DNA of 64,000 nt from Leptospirales bacterium. Its GTDB lineage: Bacteria > Spirochaetota > Leptospiria > Turneriellales > JAOUFE01. Position numbers and translations under genes: made by a program. Location: NCBI GenBank assembly GCA_040326155.1, contig JBEQLE010000010.1, forward strand, positions 1-64,000. Reading direction: 5' to 3'. The notes beneath the pieces were generated by a model. It was not told where the DNA came from and searched no databases. It saw only the letters and a list, made by a program, of their open reading frames with translations. Positions 1-10,036 of this stretch are shown here, piece by piece. The number at the start of each line of letters is the position of its first letter. Positions within the stretch are counted from its first letter, which is position 1.

Positions 1-87
1 AGCGAAGAAAAAGCCAAAGATTACGACGAGATGAATGAACTCTTCAAAGCCATTATCCTTCCGACTGTGGTAAACCACAAAAATTGA
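1..87 (+). CDS. 3' end of a gene running in from the left edge; short paralog of the coiled-coil region of ORF 276..1337
   Basis: Frame 1 reads SEEKAKDYDEMNELFKAIILPTVVNHKN*, matching SEEKAKAYNKINELYKAIMN in the next ORF (nt ~564-620). Confidence 0.6.
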   Translation, partial: SEEKAKDYDEMNELFKAIILPTVVNHKN

Positions 88-275
88 TAGTCACCCTTTA
101 TTCTAATAAAAAATGATAGACATCATGTCTGGATATCATACAATTTTACTTTAGGTTTTATAATATCTGGAGAATTGATTAATTATTAATAAATAAAAAG
201 TCTTTAATGCACTTTTATAAATGACGGTCATGTTCATTATTGTATTGGCCGAAATGAATTTAACAAAGAATAAAA

Positions 276-1337
276 ATGAAACGTAAAGAAACTAATCCGT
301 CCCTCGAGAATATTGAGTCTGGCTCAGAAAGCACCGAACTGCCCTCTTCTAAAGAGGCAGTGAAGCATGATGAACCTGTTTTTTTTAAGCGCGAAGAGAA
401 AATGATCACTCAATCGCTTGAAATAACCGCCAATTCTGAATACAAAGATAATCCCATCATTGAACAATTTCAAAATTTGACTTTGGAATACCAGCGCTTG
501 CTTAAACAAGCTAAAAAGCTAGTGAAAATGAGCGATTCCCAGCAACTTAACCTGAGTATACTCAGCGAAGAGAAAGCGAAAGCTTACAACAAAATAAATG
601 AACTCTACAAAGCAATAATGAATGATCTGAATTTTGCCCAAAAAATACAGAACGATATTCTGCCAAAGAATATAGAAAGGTACAAGGGGATTGACATAGG
701 AATAAAATTTTTACCCATGATCAAAGTAGGTGGTGATATATATGATATCGTCAAAATTGGAGATAATACCATCCGAATTTTTCTTGCAGATGCAATAGGT
801 CATGGAGTACAGGCCGCTTTGATTACTATGCTTATAAAAAGTGAATATGATATGGTGAGGAGGAAATCTGTTTCACCGGCTGAATCTTTCGATTTTCTTA
901 ATACAAGATTTATGAAATTATTCGTTAATTTAAATTTGTTTTTTACTGGTATTATTATAGATATTGATTTAGTGAATCGAAAAATATGTTTTGCCAGCGC
1001 TGGACATCCGACACAATACTTATTGCATAAGCAGCAATTGGTAAAAATGGAACATGCCGGCAGCGCCATTGGAATTATATCCAGAAAAAAATACGGTCAA
1101 ACTGAATACTCTTTTGAATCCAACGATAAACTATTTTTATTTACGGACGGTGTCATTGAGCAAGCCAATGCACAAGGAGAAGAGTATGGTGAAGACCGAC
1201 TGGAAGATATAATTCAAAAAAACATAGGACTTCCTGCAACAGAAATTAAGGAGACAATTTTTTCGGACATTGATGGACACTTGAACGGAATAGAACCGGA
1301 TGATGACATAACTTTTCTTGACATTTCCATTGGTTAA
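276..1337 (+). CDS. PP2C/SpoIIE-type Ser/Thr phosphatase with N-terminal SiaD-like coiled-coil stalk
   Basis: VGGDIYD, ADAIGHGVQAAL, FTDGVIE and DDDITF are SpoIIE motifs; N-terminal NPIIEQF..EYQRLLKQAKKLVKMSDSQQ helix. Confidence 0.88.
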   Translation: MKRKETNPSLENIESGSESTELPSSKEAVKHDEPVFFKREEKMITQSLEITANSEYKDNPIIEQFQNLTLEYQRLLKQAKKLVKMSDSQQLNLSILSEEKAKAYNKINELYKAIMNDLNFAQKIQNDILPKNIERYKGIDIGIKFLPMIKVGGDIYDIVKIGDNTIRIFLADAIGHGVQAALITMLIKSEYDMVRRKSVSPAESFDFLNTRFMKLFVNLNLFFTGIIIDIDLVNRKICFASAGHPTQYLLHKQQLVKMEHAGSAIGIISRKKYGQTEYSFESNDKLFLFTDGVIEQANAQGEEYGEDRLEDIIQKNIGLPATEIKETIFSDIDGHLNGIEPDDDITFLDISIG

Positions 1338-1521
1338 ACAAAATTTCCCAGTTAGCATCAATGATTATTTTTTAGAAAAGAGGTGACCGAGGCCACGACA
1401 ATTATGATAATTTTTTTTTATTAAACAGCTTATTTCTTTTATTTATTGACAATTAGTACTTATAATATCTAATTGTATTATCAGGAAATAACTGACACTG
1501 ATTATGAAACAGGATTAAGAA

Positions 1522-2079
1522 ATGATTGATAATTTATTTCAATTTAAAGAACAACTTAATACAGATAATATTATATTCTGCATCAATGGTCCATTCACTC
1601 AAGAACTTACTTCAGGAATTGCCGAAAGCTTAAAACAAAAAATGGACTTAGAAGAAGTCAGTGTATCAACAACAATGAAACTTTTTTCTGTTCTCGTAGA
1701 AAAAGCACAAAATATCATCCATTATTCGGTTGAACGAGCCGCAAAATCCATCCATGAAGATGAACCAACCGGTACTCTGGCTTTTGGAATTATTATTGTC
1801 GGCTATGAGAATGATCATTATTATATCCTCGGTGGAAATAAAGTAAAAAACATCCATGTAAAAGCCTTGACAGAGAAACTCTCACTTGTACAAAAAATGA
1901 ACAAAGATGAATTAAAGAAATATTACAATGAGCAGAGAAAAAAAGAACGAAAAGAGAACCATAAAGGCGCTGGTTTGGGATTTATAGAAATTTCAAGAAA
2001 AGCCAGCTCACCAATTGAGTTTAATTTTCAAAAAATCGATGATACGTACTCTTTTTTTAATATAACAACAATAATTTGA
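1522..2079 (+). CDS. siaB: SiaB-family protein kinase (DUF6272-like)
   Basis: GPFTQEL, KLFSVLVEKAQNIIHYS and GAGLGFIEISRKASSPIEFNF are SiaB-type motifs; directly upstream of a SiaC-like gene. Confidence 0.8.
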   Translation: MIDNLFQFKEQLNTDNIIFCINGPFTQELTSGIAESLKQKMDLEEVSVSTTMKLFSVLVEKAQNIIHYSVERAAKSIHEDEPTGTLAFGIIIVGYENDHYYILGGNKVKNIHVKALTEKLSLVQKMNKDELKKYYNEQRKKERKENHKGAGLGFIEISRKASSPIEFNFQKIDDTYSFFNITTII

Positions 2080-2090
2080 AAGGACAACAA

Positions 2091-2477
2091 GTGGATAATC
2101 TGGTACTAAACGCAACAAAGTATACCCCCGAAATATTTTTTGACTACGAAAAAAACCTGCTTAAAATTAGCGGGAAATCTTATCCTGAAGATACATCTCA
2201 ATTCTATACACCGATTATCGACGCCCTGGAAAAATATATCGATGAAATTCAAGACCAAAATGTAAATTTAGTCTTCGATATTATCTATTTTAACAGTAGT
2301 ACCTCCAAAGTATTCATGGATATTTTTGACTTGCTAGACGGAGCGGTTAAAGAAGGGAAGAATATAGTCGTAAATTGGGAATACAATAAAGAAAATGACA
2401 GCCTTCTGGAATACGGTACCGAGTTTAAAGAAGACCTGAAATATCTTCCGTTTAATCTTCAGCCTAAAGACGACTGA
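2091..2477 (+). CDS. siaC: SiaC-family regulatory phosphoprotein (DUF1987)
   Basis: TPEIFFD, ISGKSYPED, YFNSSTSK and VNWEY...YGTEFKED motifs; GTG start at 2091 preceded by AAGGA (ORF track starts at TTG 2076). Confidence 0.85.
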   Translation: MDNLVLNATKYTPEIFFDYEKNLLKISGKSYPEDTSQFYTPIIDALEKYIDEIQDQNVNLVFDIIYFNSSTSKVFMDIFDLLDGAVKEGKNIVVNWEYNKENDSLLEYGTEFKEDLKYLPFNLQPKDD

Positions 2478-2499
2478 CACAACAGACAATCGACTAGAT

Positions 2500-2796
2500 T
2501 CATTTAACATGGATTATAATTTCTTTAACAGGAATATCGTGAAAATTTTTATTCCAGGGCTGAGTTTCATAGAACAATATTTTAACTGTTCCTTTTTTTT
2601 GGGTTTGAATTCGGAATCCGACTTGTATGGCGTCGCCAGGCTTTAAATTTTTGTTTTGTGCGGTTTTAAGCCTGGATATGGAAACAATTCCTTCCATGTC
2701 AACTTCGTACATTAAAGCTAAACCTGCGGAAATTCTGTTTTTCAAAACGAGGTCGCAGTGTTCCCCTTGTTTTTTATGAATGGTTTCTATATGCAT
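2500..2796 (-). CDS. Divergent chagasin-like (I42) cysteine protease inhibitor
   Basis: 98 aa from ATG 2796 (AGGA upstream). KNRISAGL, KPGD..VGFRI and GTVKILFYETQPW correspond in position to the chagasin loops NPTTGY, VGAGG..F and Y.RPW. Lies directly downstream of a C1A protease. Confidence 0.6.
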   Translation of the reverse strand: MHIETIHKKQGEHCDLVLKNRISAGLALMYEVDMEGIVSISRLKTAQNKNLKPGDAIQVGFRIQTQKKGTVKILFYETQPWNKNFHDIPVKEIIIHVK

Positions 2797-2901
2797 TACA
2801 GATATCCTGCGTAAAGTCTCTACGCTACTATTTGAACCCCGATTAACATGCAAGTTTAACCGAGATTCAATACGCCGACCTTACACAAAAGCGCTCTTTA
2901 A

Positions 2902-4290
2902 TTAAGAACTGGTAAATCCATTTTTCTCCCAGTGCGTCCCGGAGTAGGACGAATCGGTGTTTGGCGCAAGGCCCACAGTACCATCTTTTGTATGGCCGTC
3001 CAGGTAAACGAAATCGGAATTGCCAGTTGTATTCAGGCATTTAAATGCAGTACTACCATCAGACAATTGTTCTTTCTGCCAATGCGTTCCAGAATTATCC
3101 GAATCGGTGTTGGCAGCAAGACCTACGCTGCCATCTTGTGTATTACCATCTAAGTAAACAAAATCTGATTTCTCAGTTGTACCCATGCATTTTAACGCAA
3201 CACTGCCATCAGACAGTTGCTGCTCTTCCCAATAAGTGCCTGGGTTAGAATATGCATTTGTATCAGCACAGAGATTGACCGAACCATTTTTCGCAATCCC
3301 GTCTAAATATAAATACTTTGCATTAACATCCGTACCAAGACATTTATAATAATTAAGAATTATTTTTGGAAGTGTAATTCCCTTAACGCCCACTTTTTCA
3401 TTTTCATCAATATTACATTCGCCATAAGCAATGTTAAAATAACCATCCATCCCCCAATGCTCAGACCATGAATTTTTACAAATATAATAGCCACCGTCAG
3501 CGTCATTGTAACCGACAATACAGATCACATGATTACCGGAGCTTTCTCCATGCACATGCGTATAAATGCCTGATTGGTACTCCAAAATGTCATCATAAAG
3601 CTTCATAACAGCGGATATGGGACCGATCTTTGCCAGGTATTCTTTTGTAGCATCCAAATCGGTGATCGTTATAATCTCCGAATATTTAAATGCATTGTCG
3701 TCTCTCATCGGGCTAATTATGCATTTTGGGGCAATTTTAGTTGCTTCTATCATATTTTTCGGGTTGCTCAAATCTTCTGGAAATTCCTCCGACAAATCGG
3801 CAACCGAATAAGCTGACGGATACGGAAATAGTATTTCCTGGCAAATCCCTCTCTCTTTATTTTCTTGCAATAGGTTGAGTGGCCAGGAGGCTTCAGTACA
3901 ATTTGGGCCATGCGCAGAACAAAAGAATTCATCCGCCTCTGAAAGTTCCACTAATTGTTGATGTTCTATTGCTATTCTTGCTTCCATAACCGCAGATGTT
4001 CCAAATGCCGAGCATATCGGACACAATCCTTGAAATTTTACCGGTGTAACAAAATCTCCATTATTATCTCGCCAATCGATTTTAGATGGTAATGTCGAAG
4101 TATCTACTGCTTTTTTAGTAACACGAGCAGGTGTCTGATAGCCAGCTGGTTTAACTGCGCCTGCCAGCCGCTTTCTCGCCTGTTTGTCCAATCGGTGAAT
4201 CGGGTTCGAGTCCGGATCAAAATTTGCCTCCCATTTTGCCCCCGCTTTTTTAATTTTATCTTTAAGATCATTTATATCTAATAAATCCAT
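2902..4290 (-). CDS. Papain-family (C1A) cysteine protease with three C-terminal ~50-aa repeats (beta-trefoil-like)
   Basis: LPSKIDWR, QGLCPICSAF (catalytic Cys), GNHVICIVGY (His), CKNSWS (Asn), WGMDGYF. Three repeats of KC.GT...YLDG...GSV.L..NT....GT.W. No signal peptide. GGAGG RBS. Confidence 0.92.
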   Translation of the reverse strand: MDLLDINDLKDKIKKAGAKWEANFDPDSNPIHRLDKQARKRLAGAVKPAGYQTPARVTKKAVDTSTLPSKIDWRDNNGDFVTPVKFQGLCPICSAFGTSAVMEARIAIEHQQLVELSEADEFFCSAHGPNCTEASWPLNLLQENKERGICQEILFPYPSAYSVADLSEEFPEDLSNPKNMIEATKIAPKCIISPMRDDNAFKYSEIITITDLDATKEYLAKIGPISAVMKLYDDILEYQSGIYTHVHGESSGNHVICIVGYNDADGGYYICKNSWSEHWGMDGYFNIAYGECNIDENEKVGVKGITLPKIILNYYKCLGTDVNAKYLYLDGIAKNGSVNLCADTNAYSNPGTYWEEQQLSDGSVALKCMGTTEKSDFVYLDGNTQDGSVGLAANTDSDNSGTHWQKEQLSDGSTAFKCLNTTGNSDFVYLDGHTKDGTVGLAPNTDSSYSGTHWEKNGFTSS

Positions 4291-4567
4291 TTTGTATCCT
4301 CCCTCTTTTAATAATTTGATTTAAAATGCACTGCCGAAAATCGGTTACATTTCGAGTCAAACAATACACTCAAGACATAAAAACCGATAAAACCATATCC
4401 GTCAATTAAAAATTTCATATTATTCATTTATATTTATTAAATTGCTTAGAGACAATGTACACATCTCTAATAATTTACCAGATAATTACAGGTTAAAAAG
4501 ATTGGCGAAAGATTTTTACTCGAAGAGGTATAATATATTAAAATATTATTATATCAATAAATTTTCA

Positions 4568-7500
4568 TTACAAAGTAAAACCGAATACAGCGAGATCGTC
4601 TAACCTGTCCTCACCTTTCATATGATCATCAAAAGCGCTTAATAATAGTGTTTCTTGATCTTTTATTGGCTTTTCATTGTTTTTAAGAATCAAATTTTTT
4701 AGTCTCTGTTTTCCAAATGGGATATTGTCCTTTCCGCCAATTTGGTTGTAAAGGCCATCCGTGGACATAAAAAAGGATGTCCCTTTTTCAATCGGAATAG
4801 TGTGATTCGTGAATTTAAAGTTTAAGTCTGATCTTTTATATCCAATACTATGTCGATCTCCGTTAATTATTATAGCTTCGCCTTTCGAAAAGTATAGAAC
4901 CGGCACTCTGGCGCCGGAATATATAACAACGTTGTCTTTCATATTAATGTTACAAATAGCGGCGTCCAACCCGTCATCCGACAGGGCAAACTCCGTTTCC
5001 TGTTGCAGAGTGGTTTTAACTATAAAGTTTAGTCTGCTTAAAATTTCATTTGGAACATAACAATTTTCTTCGGATATAATTCTTTTTAGTGCAGTCGACG
5101 CTATCATCGTCATAAAAGCTCCCGGAACTCCATGCCCGGTACAGTCGATTACGGCAACTATAAAGTTTGTTTCAGAGAAAAATGTATAGATTATATCACC
5201 ACCGACAATATCTCTCGGCTTCCATATAAAAAAACTATTCGGAAGGTATTTTTGCACAGTTTGTTTATTTGGTAATAAAGAAGTCTGAATCATTTGCGCA
5301 TATTGAATACTATCCATGATTTTTGTATTGGCTTCTTCAAGATCTTGATTTTGGTGTTCCAGTTGTTCCAGAGCATTTTTCAATTTATTTGTACGCTCCT
5401 TTACTTTATCTTCCAGAGTAGCATACAAACCGGCGTTATCTATTGAAATGGCAGCCTGAGAAGATAACAGGTTGAGTACTTCTAAACGCTCTTCTGGAAA
5501 AGCATTTGTTGTTAAATTATTTTCAAGATAAATAATACCGACAACCTGCCCTTGTTTAATCAGGGGCATACAAAGTACCGATTTAGGTTTATACTTTTTT
5601 ATATACGGATCATTATTAAACTTAGTATCATTTTCGGCATCGTTTAATACGATACTATTTTGGGTTCTTTCCACATAGTTTACGATGGCAATGGAAACAA
5701 GCGGCGTACTATTTGGCGACTCGATTGGAGTAGATTGCATCACCTGTACATCAGCGTCATCGAGCTTGTTAGCCGCTTCGATATGCCACATCCCTTGTTT
5801 TTGTGATAAAAAATAACCTTTTTCAGCCCCGGCATTTTCAATTGTTATGCGCATCATCTTCTTTAAAAGTTCGTCCAGTCTAATTTCCTGAGAAATTGCC
5901 TGGGAATTTTTTAAAATGGAAGCCAGGTCCAGAGAGGATGAGGGTAGAATCGATGAACGGGTGGATACTTCGCTCATGTTATTACCGGCGGTTGTATCTT
6001 CAAAACCCAGAGCTTCCATAGAAATAAGTTGGGGGTATTCTTGTTTTAAAGCTTCCATCTTGGGTTGACATCCCCACTTCATATAGCTATAATAAGCATT
6101 CGTCATATAAATTCTTGCAATTTCAACAAGATTGTTTGAAAGATAATATTTAGCCATTAATTCATTGGCAATGGCCACTTCATGTGTTATTTGCTGGTCA
6201 TTACTAAGTTTAATGGCCTCCAGGTATAGTTTGGTCGTTTCTCCCATCGGTTTGTTTTCTGCCCGGCTGAGTTCAGCTTGAAGCAATATGTATTTATTTA
6301 TATAATTCTCGGGGCAGGCATCACTCCACATCTTAAATTTCTTTATAATTTTCTTTAGTTTCGATAAATGCTTTCTCTTGTTCCTCGAATTTTTTGAAAT
6401 TAAAGAGGATAGCAAAAGCCCGTAAAATAAGTAGAAGAGCATCGTGGTTTGTAAACTCAAAAAGATATCAACATTTTTCTCCACTTGCCTGGCTATTTCC
6501 AAAGTTTCCGGTTTACTACCGAATATATAGTGAAGTATTAATGTGAATAACCTGTAATTGCCATAGGTGGAAATATCCTTTTTTTCTTCCCATAAAGCGA
6601 TGTTTTCTTCCGCGTTAAACTTTTCCCCATTTATAGCATATTTATCTTCGGAATTACCAATTAAATTTTCCACAGCCTGGTAAACCAGATTATAACCGCT
6701 TTCTGTTTGCGGTTGTTTCAATGGAATAATTTTTTTTTGAATTTTTTCCATCTGATTACTAAGATTATTTAAATTTTCTCCCATGCTGAACAAGGATTGG
6801 CCGTAGTCCCACAGCGCATACCCGTAATATTCAAAATTTCCATCTTCAAGGCATATATTTACCGCTTTCTTATAAGCATCACTTCGATCTCGGAATGCAA
6901 TTTTTAAATGCAACTGCCCGACATAATTAGTGTAAAAAGTCGCTGCCCTGCCAACGTTGTTTTGATACTTGTTTGACAGATTGACAGCAAGTTCGCCAAA
7001 TTCGGTTCCTTTTTTAATATTTCCCATGGAACTCGAAAGAATGAGTCCGTAAATTGCTATTGCAAAAGGGGACATCGGCGCTATTCCGTGTACCAAAGAC
7101 AGGTTAAAAACCTTTAATATGATCATAGGTACGTAGTCAGGAGCGACGGTCAAAGCAGGCGTTGTACATAGACCCATAATTTCTATGGCCGCTATTATTC
7201 GTTCATCTTTCATTTCCGGTAAATCAATAATAGACTTACTTTTTTTTCTACGCAATAAAATTTGTGATTTTACAATTTCCTTTAAAATATATATTTTACC
7301 AGGTTTGCCGGGAAGAGGAATACCCAGTTGTTTCAAAGTTGCCTTTCCGATATCCAACGCCTGTTTGGCTTTCATTTGCGTAATATAATGCCTCATCATA
7401 ATCGCATATATTTGTTGTTTCTCTAATATAGTTTTTGCATGATGTAATATATCTTTAAATAAATTTTCAGCTTTATCAAAATTTCTTGCTAGATACTCTG

Positions 7501-9850
7501 CTTCAGACCAAGCCTTGTGAAATTGAAAAGCAAAGCTGTAGTCACTTTCCCAGACTGTTTCAGGCATTAATTCAGCGCCTTTTGTAAAAAATATCGCGGA
7601 GTCGTGATAGGCTGCCGATTCTTTCGCTTTGAGCCCCGCTTTATAATTTATATCAACAAGCTGACCTTTCTCTTCCTTGCTTAAATGGTCTATTGCCCTG
7701 TTCCATTGACTGGCGATGTTAAAAAGATTCTCTCCGGAACCCTTTTCTTTATGTAAAAGCAAGGACTCTTTTCCGATTCGATAATGAATATCCGTTTTTT
7801 CATCTAATAGAGAATACGTAGCGTCCATTACACGGCCATGAATAAAACTAATAGATGTTGTTTCTTTTACTAACAAACCTTCGTTTATAGCTTCTTTAAG
7901 GTCGCTTAGAACATGGGCCGGAGATTTAGACAATACTCTGGCAACGATATCAAGGTCAAAACGCACTCCAAAGCAACAGGCGACTTTCATTGCCTCTATA
8001 GTTTTTGGTGAAAGATTTTTAATGTTATCTACCATCAATGTGACAACATTATCCGTTATATTTTCATCTTGTATTCGTTTAATATCCCATTGCCAACCTA
8101 TATCTTCCGTCGACTTTGAAGCGTTATTATAATGGATTAAGTTTGCTTTATGCAGGGTTTTTAAGAACTCCCTGACAAAAAATGGATTTCCTTTGGTTTT
8201 GCTATGAACAAGGTCCGTAAGTTGCTTCGTATCTTTTGACTGTTTCCCAAAAGCCGCAGAGATCATTTGCAAAATCTGATCTTTGTCGAGAGGTTCAATC
8301 GCATTATTAGTCCAGGGGATTTTTTCCCTTTTCAATTTTTCGAGCATGAGTAAAAACGGGTGTTCATCATTAACTTCGTTTTTTCGATATGTTCCAATAA
8401 ACAAAATACATCTTAAATCAGGCTCACCCATAAGAAAAGAAATCAACTCAAAACTTGCCTGGTCCGCCCAATGGATGTCATCCAGAAAGAAAACGAGCGG
8501 ATGGGTCACCGATGCAAAAACTTCGACAAAATTTCGAAAGGTTAAATTAAAACGGTTTTGTGACTCAACCGGCGGTATAGTTGCGACTTGCGTTTGTTTT
8601 CCAATAATCTGTTCCACAATAGGTATAATTTCCGTTATGACTTGCCCATTATGTCCCAGAGCAGTCCGAATCTGGTTGCGCCAGACATCAAGCTCTTCTT
8701 CACTAAGAGTTAATATCCTTTTCAGCATTTCATTGAACGCCTGAATAATTGCGGAATAAGGAGTGTTTTTATCCTGGTGATCGTATTTACCTCTAATGAA
8801 AAATCCTTTTTGGTCAATAACCGTTTTCTGAATTTCATTTACAATCGCTGTCTTGCCTACTCCTGAAGAGCCGGAATAAAACATAATTTGTTTACTTCCC
8901 CGACTACATTTATAATAATTTTCCAACAATTCAGTAACATACTTTTCTCTACCAAAAAGCATATCGGGAAATTGTAATCTATTCGAAACATCATGGCTGG
9001 CTATCTCAAAATCGGTAATTTTGTTATTCTTTAAAGCCGTTGCACATTTTTCAAGATCATATTTTAACCCGTGAATGCTTTGGTACCTGTCTTCTGCATT
9101 TTTTGAAATTAATTTCATTATTATCTCAGAAATGACTTTCGGAATTTTATTATTTATTTCATGGGGAAGCGGCGGTACTTTTGCAATGTGACAGTGTACC
9201 AACTCAGAGGGGTCCTCACTATCGAAAGGCAGTACATTTGTCGCCATTTTATACAAAGTGATACCCAGTGAATAATAATCGGTTCTATAATCGATAGCCC
9301 GATTCATTCTACCGGTTTGCTCGGGTGAAATATAGGCTAAATTGCCTTCGAGCTGGCTTGCATTTAATACCGGTAGACTTTCCTTCGCCAAATCTGATGC
9401 CAGCGAAAAGTCTATAATTTTACATCGACTGTTTTTTGTATCCCATACAATATTATGAATATTAATATCTTTATGGATTATCTTTTTTTCATGTATGCTT
9501 TCTATTCCGTCGGTTATTGATATTGCCAGTGATAAAAACTTTTTAATGGATAGGTCTTCTTTCGCTAATAAATTCCCTAGAGAGTCTCCGCCAACTGACT
9601 CCATTACGATGACAGGTTTACCATCGTATTCAATCAATTTAATTGGTTTAATTACGTTTGGCGCATCAATAGTATCCAGAATTTTAAATTCTGTTTTAAT
9701 ATTCGCAATTTGATCTGGTGACGGATATTCACCGGCCAGACTTTTTAGAATGATTTCTACATTATCAGATTCTCGTCGACCACTGTAGATAATCGTTCTT
9801 TTATTCTGGTGCAGTATTCCATCTAAATTGTACCCTGATACTTTAATCAT
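4568..9850 (-). CDS. Multidomain sensor: Ser/Thr kinase + AAA/STAND ATPase + helical region + GAF + PP2C (SpoIIE) phosphatase
   Basis: HKDINIHN, IIDFS, YISPEQTGRMNR (kinase); GSSGVGKT and FLDDIHWAD (ATPase); SVLCMPL..YLENN (GAF); PRDIVGGD, DCTGHGVPGAFMT, STDG, DD (PP2C). Confidence 0.93.
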   Translation of the reverse strand: MIKVSGYNLDGILHQNKRTIIYSGRRESDNVEIILKSLAGEYPSPDQIANIKTEFKILDTIDAPNVIKPIKLIEYDGKPVIVMESVGGDSLGNLLAKEDLSIKKFLSLAISITDGIESIHEKKIIHKDINIHNIVWDTKNSRCKIIDFSLASDLAKESLPVLNASQLEGNLAYISPEQTGRMNRAIDYRTDYYSLGITLYKMATNVLPFDSEDPSELVHCHIAKVPPLPHEINNKIPKVISEIIMKLISKNAEDRYQSIHGLKYDLEKCATALKNNKITDFEIASHDVSNRLQFPDMLFGREKYVTELLENYYKCSRGSKQIMFYSGSSGVGKTAIVNEIQKTVIDQKGFFIRGKYDHQDKNTPYSAIIQAFNEMLKRILTLSEEELDVWRNQIRTALGHNGQVITEIIPIVEQIIGKQTQVATIPPVESQNRFNLTFRNFVEVFASVTHPLVFFLDDIHWADQASFELISFLMGEPDLRCILFIGTYRKNEVNDEHPFLLMLEKLKREKIPWTNNAIEPLDKDQILQMISAAFGKQSKDTKQLTDLVHSKTKGNPFFVREFLKTLHKANLIHYNNASKSTEDIGWQWDIKRIQDENITDNVVTLMVDNIKNLSPKTIEAMKVACCFGVRFDLDIVARVLSKSPAHVLSDLKEAINEGLLVKETTSISFIHGRVMDATYSLLDEKTDIHYRIGKESLLLHKEKGSGENLFNIASQWNRAIDHLSKEEKGQLVDINYKAGLKAKESAAYHDSAIFFTKGAELMPETVWESDYSFAFQFHKAWSEAEYLARNFDKAENLFKDILHHAKTILEKQQIYAIMMRHYITQMKAKQALDIGKATLKQLGIPLPGKPGKIYILKEIVKSQILLRRKKSKSIIDLPEMKDERIIAAIEIMGLCTTPALTVAPDYVPMIILKVFNLSLVHGIAPMSPFAIAIYGLILSSSMGNIKKGTEFGELAVNLSNKYQNNVGRAATFYTNYVGQLHLKIAFRDRSDAYKKAVNICLEDGNFEYYGYALWDYGQSLFSMGENLNNLSNQMEKIQKKIIPLKQPQTESGYNLVYQAVENLIGNSEDKYAINGEKFNAEENIALWEEKKDISTYGNYRLFTLILHYIFGSKPETLEIARQVEKNVDIFLSLQTTMLFYLFYGLLLSSLISKNSRNKRKHLSKLKKIIKKFKMWSDACPENYINKYILLQAELSRAENKPMGETTKLYLEAIKLSNDQQITHEVAIANELMAKYYLSNNLVEIARIYMTNAYYSYMKWGCQPKMEALKQEYPQLISMEALGFEDTTAGNNMSEVSTRSSILPSSSLDLASILKNSQAISQEIRLDELLKKMMRITIENAGAEKGYFLSQKQGMWHIEAANKLDDADVQVMQSTPIESPNSTPLVSIAIVNYVERTQNSIVLNDAENDTKFNNDPYIKKYKPKSVLCMPLIKQGQVVGIIYLENNLTTNAFPEERLEVLNLLSSQAAISIDNAGLYATLEDKVKERTNKLKNALEQLEHQNQDLEEANTKIMDSIQYAQMIQTSLLPNKQTVQKYLPNSFFIWKPRDIVGGDIIYTFFSETNFIVAVIDCTGHGVPGAFMTMIASTALKRIISEENCYVPNEILSRLNFIVKTTLQQETEFALSDDGLDAAICNINMKDNVVIYSGARVPVLYFSKGEAIIINGDRHSIGYKRSDLNFKFTNHTIPIEKGTSFFMSTDGLYNQIGGKDNIPFGKQRLKNLILKNNEKPIKDQETLLLSAFDDHMKGEDRLDDLAVFGFTL

Positions 9851-9976
9851 AATTTCCTTTGTAGATTATTATACAATTAAACTACAATTCCCTATATGAT
9901 GTTCGATAAGTCAATAATTTAAAACATTCTATAGTCATGCGATAATTTTTAAATAAGTTTTTTTGTAATAAAAATC

Positions 9977-10004
9977 TTGACTCGTACTTTCAGTGTTATA
10001 GGGT
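9977..10004 (+). promoter_or_regulatory. Putative sigma70-type promoter of precursor 1
   Basis: TTGACT-N16-TAGGGT; the same arrangement recurs before precursor 2; GGAGG RBS follows. Confidence 0.5.
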
Positions 10005-10036
10005 AGCATTACTCAAGTATGAGATGGAGGTAAATT

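Noticed and set aside
4568..9850. Kinase domain as a pseudokinase (HKD, DFS)
   Set aside because: The catalytic Lys, Asp, Asn and metal-binding Asp are present; such variants are ordinary in kinase-AAA-GAF sensors.
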